A stretch of DNA of 64,000 nt from Dehalococcoidia bacterium (GTDB taxonomy: Bacteria > Chloroflexota > Dehalococcoidia > Lucifugimonadales > VXLM01). This document shows positions 61,853 through 64,000 of the stretch, piece after piece; position 1 is the stretch's first letter, and every line of letters begins with the position of its first letter. The notes under the pieces are model-generated. The model saw nothing but the letters and a program-made list of their open reading frames with translations, was not told the DNA's origin and did no database searches. Made by a program: the position numbers and the translations under genes. The stretch is taken from the NCBI GenBank assembly GCA_965242665.1, contig OZ251484.1, positions 935,064-999,063 on the forward strand. The letters run 5' to 3'.

Positions 61853-62557
61853 ATGATTCGAGCGGTGTTATTCGACGTATACGGCACGATTGCGGGGTGG
61901 AGTCCATCCCGCTATCAGCTGCAGAAGCGTGCGTGGGCGCAATTCGGTCAGGCGGACGCGATCACGCCCGAAGGCGTCCTGCGGGGGTATGCAAACGCCG
62001 ACGCATTCATGACCGCGGAGAATGCCGTCCGTCCAATACGCGAGCGGGACCAGCGGGATAGAGAGACTTTCTTCGGAGAGTACGAACGTCTCGTCCTCGA
62101 AGGGTGCGGCATCATCACAACTCAAGAGCGCGCGCTGGCAGTATTCAAGCGGCTGCAACAGATTTCATACGGTCTGCACCCATTCGACGACGCGGCTCCG
62201 GCGCTCGCCGTTCTACGGCGACGGGGGCTCACACTCGGCCTGATATCGAACATCGAGCAACGCGGGGTCGAGTTGATCGACTCGCTCGGGTTGGGAGGCT
62301 GCGTCGATTTCGCAGTCACTTCGGGCGAGACGGGGCTCCAGAAACCGGATCCGGCCGTATTCCGTGCGGCTCTGAGGAAGGCCAACGCCGCTCCGAACGA
62401 AGCGATCATGGTCGGCGATCAACCAGAGTCCGACATCGTCGGGGCCATTCGAGTCGGCATCACACCCATCCTCATAGACCGCGACGGCAATCACCCGCGA
62501 TATGACGCCTGCGCTCGTATAACGTCACTCGACCAGCTGCCGCCGCTCATCGAGTGA
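61853..62557 (+). CDS. HAD-superfamily hydrolase (subfamily IA)
   Basis: 'MIRAVLFDVYGTI' (DxxGT motif I), 'LGLISNIE' (motif II) and 'MVGDQPESDIVGA' (motif IV). Confidence 0.85.
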   Translation: MIRAVLFDVYGTIAGWSPSRYQLQKRAWAQFGQADAITPEGVLRGYANADAFMTAENAVRPIRERDQRDRETFFGEYERLVLEGCGIITTQERALAVFKRLQQISYGLHPFDDAAPALAVLRRRGLTLGLISNIEQRGVELIDSLGLGGCVDFAVTSGETGLQKPDPAVFRAALRKANAAPNEAIMVGDQPESDIVGAIRVGITPILIDRDGNHPRYDACARITSLDQLPPLIE

Positions 62558-62588
62558 TCCAACCCGCGTAGGAGAGCAGCGCCGGCGT

Positions 62589-64000
62589 TCACTCCAAAGA
62601 CGGCGGCGGTGGGGAACCTGAGACAGGCTGAAGAATCATAGGTGGATCATCCGGGACTCGCGATACTTTGATAACGTCGGAGACGCCCTCGATCTTGTTG
62701 AGCAGACGGCTGAGTTGTTCGATACTCTCAATCGTAATGCTGAGGGTGATGATGCTGATACCATCCTCTGGGATGGTGGAAGAGCGAACGATGTTCACCC
62801 CTTCGTCCGCCACGAGAGAGGTGACGTCGCCGAGTAACCCAACGCGGTCCCATGACTCGACGCAAATGCGTACTGGGTAGAGACCCTTCGTTTCGTCCCA
62901 ATATACATCGTCGCGCAAGTATTCCCTTACGTTCTCTCCAGTAACGTTTGTGCAGATACGGCGGTGAACGCTGACCCAATTATTGCGTGTGACGTAGCCA
63001 ATGATTGCGTCGCCGGCGACGGGGTTGCAACAGGTTGCTATCCGCTTGGACAGGCCTCCGGCGCCCAACACCTCTGTGACGGATATGGGTTCTGGGAACT
63101 CCATGTTCGCCTCGTGGTCTGCCTCTGGCTCGGTGTCGGGGAGCACCATCTTCCGCACTCGTCGAATCGAGAGCGATCCGTCACCCAACGCGGCGAAGAA
63201 CTCTTCGAGGCTGTCGTATGCCATCAGATCGGCCACTTCCTGCGCGCTCATCGTCCAACCAAGCCTACGGAACTCCTTGGTAAAGAAGTCGCGTCCGATT
63301 TGGATGTTGGCGCGGCGCTCCTGCCTGTTGAACCATCGGCGGACCAATGACCGCGCGTGGCTAGTCTTGAGATACCCTAAGTTCTCATTCAGCCAGTCTC
63401 GGCTCGGCCCTCGAAGAGTCTTGGCCGTTATGATATGGACCGTATCCGCCATCTTTAGCTGATGATTCAGGGGAACGAGCCTCTCGTTCACCTCGGCCAC
63501 AAGGCTGTGATGGCCGAGGTCGGAATGAATACGGTAGGCGAAATCCAGCGGCGTCGATCCAGCGGGCATCTCCATGAGGTCGCCGCGGGGAGTATAGACG
63601 AAAATCTTTTCATCCAAGGTCTCCGTCTCGGCCGCCTCCACATACTCCTCTGCACCGAAGACATCTCGTTGCCAATCCAAGAGCTGGCGTATCCACGTCA
63701 TCTTGCGGTCGTAGGCTTCGTCGAACTCTACGCCTCCTTCTCCTTTGTAGAGCCAGTGTGCGGCCACGCCGTATTCGGCGAGACGGTGCATTTCGACAGT
63801 GCGTATTTGGACCTCCACAGGCGAGGTGCCCTCACACTTGACCGCGGTGTGCAAGGACTTATACATGTTGTCTTTTGGATTGGCTATGTAGTCGTCGAAC
63901 TCCCCTGGCAAGGGTGGCCATTTGGCGTGGACGGCGCCCAAGGCGGCATAGCAATCGTCGACGGTGTCTACGATGACCCGCAGGGCGAACAGGTCGTAGA
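62589..64000 (-). CDS. relA: RelA/SpoT-family (p)ppGpp synthetase/hydrolase, 5'-truncated by the window edge
   Basis: 'DYIANPKDNMYKSLHTAV', 'VEVQIRTVEMHRLAEYGVAAHWLYK', a TGS region and a C-terminal ACT-like domain. The frame stays open to position 64000 ('YDLFALRVIVDTVDDCYAALGAVH'). Confidence 0.92.
   Translation of the reverse strand, partial: YDLFALRVIVDTVDDCYAALGAVHAKWPPLPGEFDDYIANPKDNMYKSLHTAVKCEGTSPVEVQIRTVEMHRLAEYGVAAHWLYKGEGGVEFDEAYDRKMTWIRQLLDWQRDVFGAEEYVEAAETETLDEKIFVYTPRGDLMEMPAGSTPLDFAYRIHSDLGHHSLVAEVNERLVPLNHQLKMADTVHIITAKTLRGPSRDWLNENLGYLKTSHARSLVRRWFNRQERRANIQIGRDFFTKEFRRLGWTMSAQEVADLMAYDSLEEFFAALGDGSLSIRRVRKMVLPDTEPEADHEANMEFPEPISVTEVLGAGGLSKRIATCCNPVAGDAIIGYVTRNNWVSVHRRICTNVTGENVREYLRDDVYWDETKGLYPVRICVESWDRVGLLGDVTSLVADEGVNIVRSSTIPEDGISIITLSITIESIEQLSRLLNKIEGVSDVIKVSRVPDDPPMILQPVSGSPPPPSLE

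Noticed and set aside
1-64000. Search for tRNA, rRNA, tmRNA, RNase P RNA, integrase, transposase or reverse transcriptase
   Set aside because: I saw no T-loop/acceptor-like structures, no rRNA-like conserved blocks and no recombinase or RT motifs. The only 'GAAAGTCC' (RNase P-like) string, at 24174, is part of a terminator stem. The scan was visual only, so small RNAs could be missed.

Overview
This is a GC-rich bacterial chromosomal segment. I estimate about 60-68% GC in hand-counted lines of core genes, and I cannot identify the organism from the sequence alone. I found no rRNA, tRNA, CRISPR array, integrase or transposase.

The housekeeping backbone includes:
- gap
- a Fur-family regulator with a metal ABC importer
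- hspR-grpE-dnaK
- holB
- kbl
- recG
- hisD-hisC-hisB-crcB
- a partial relA/spoT
- several catabolic genes and carbohydrate-related (glycoside-hydrolase-like) genes

Accessory cassettes interrupt this backbone:
1. 48-3001: a tight three-gene module of a DNA methyltransferase-HNH fusion, a TcmP-like protein and a DUF5131 (phage Gp37/Gp68) three-Cys protein. The middle gene is strikingly AT-rich. This is my best candidate for an uncharacterised DNA-modification or defence system.
2. 33353-38389: a single polypeptide of about 1,680 aa with Mrr-like nuclease, SF2 helicase, N6-methyltransferase and target-recognition regions. This is the Type ISP restriction-modification (R-M) architecture. An 18-bp x6 tandem repeat sits in its leader.
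3. 40762-42427: a low-GC Type II R-M island.
4. 52666-54640: a translationally coupled vapB-vapC-hsdS operon with no hsdM or hsdR nearby.
5. 6561-9407 and 13088-15913: two paralogous FG-GAP surface proteins that flank the metal-uptake operon. They have the same promoter and ribosome-binding site but 17 versus 2 copies of a 10-bp repeat in between.

A palindromic REP-like element (GTCATTCCCGCGTAGGCGGGAATC) occurs in at least 23 full copies. Its clusters sit at the edges of most of these cassettes. A promoter-bearing, roughly 200-bp repeated element with three copies is a candidate small RNA.

All functional calls rest on motif recognition by eye. No database search was run.
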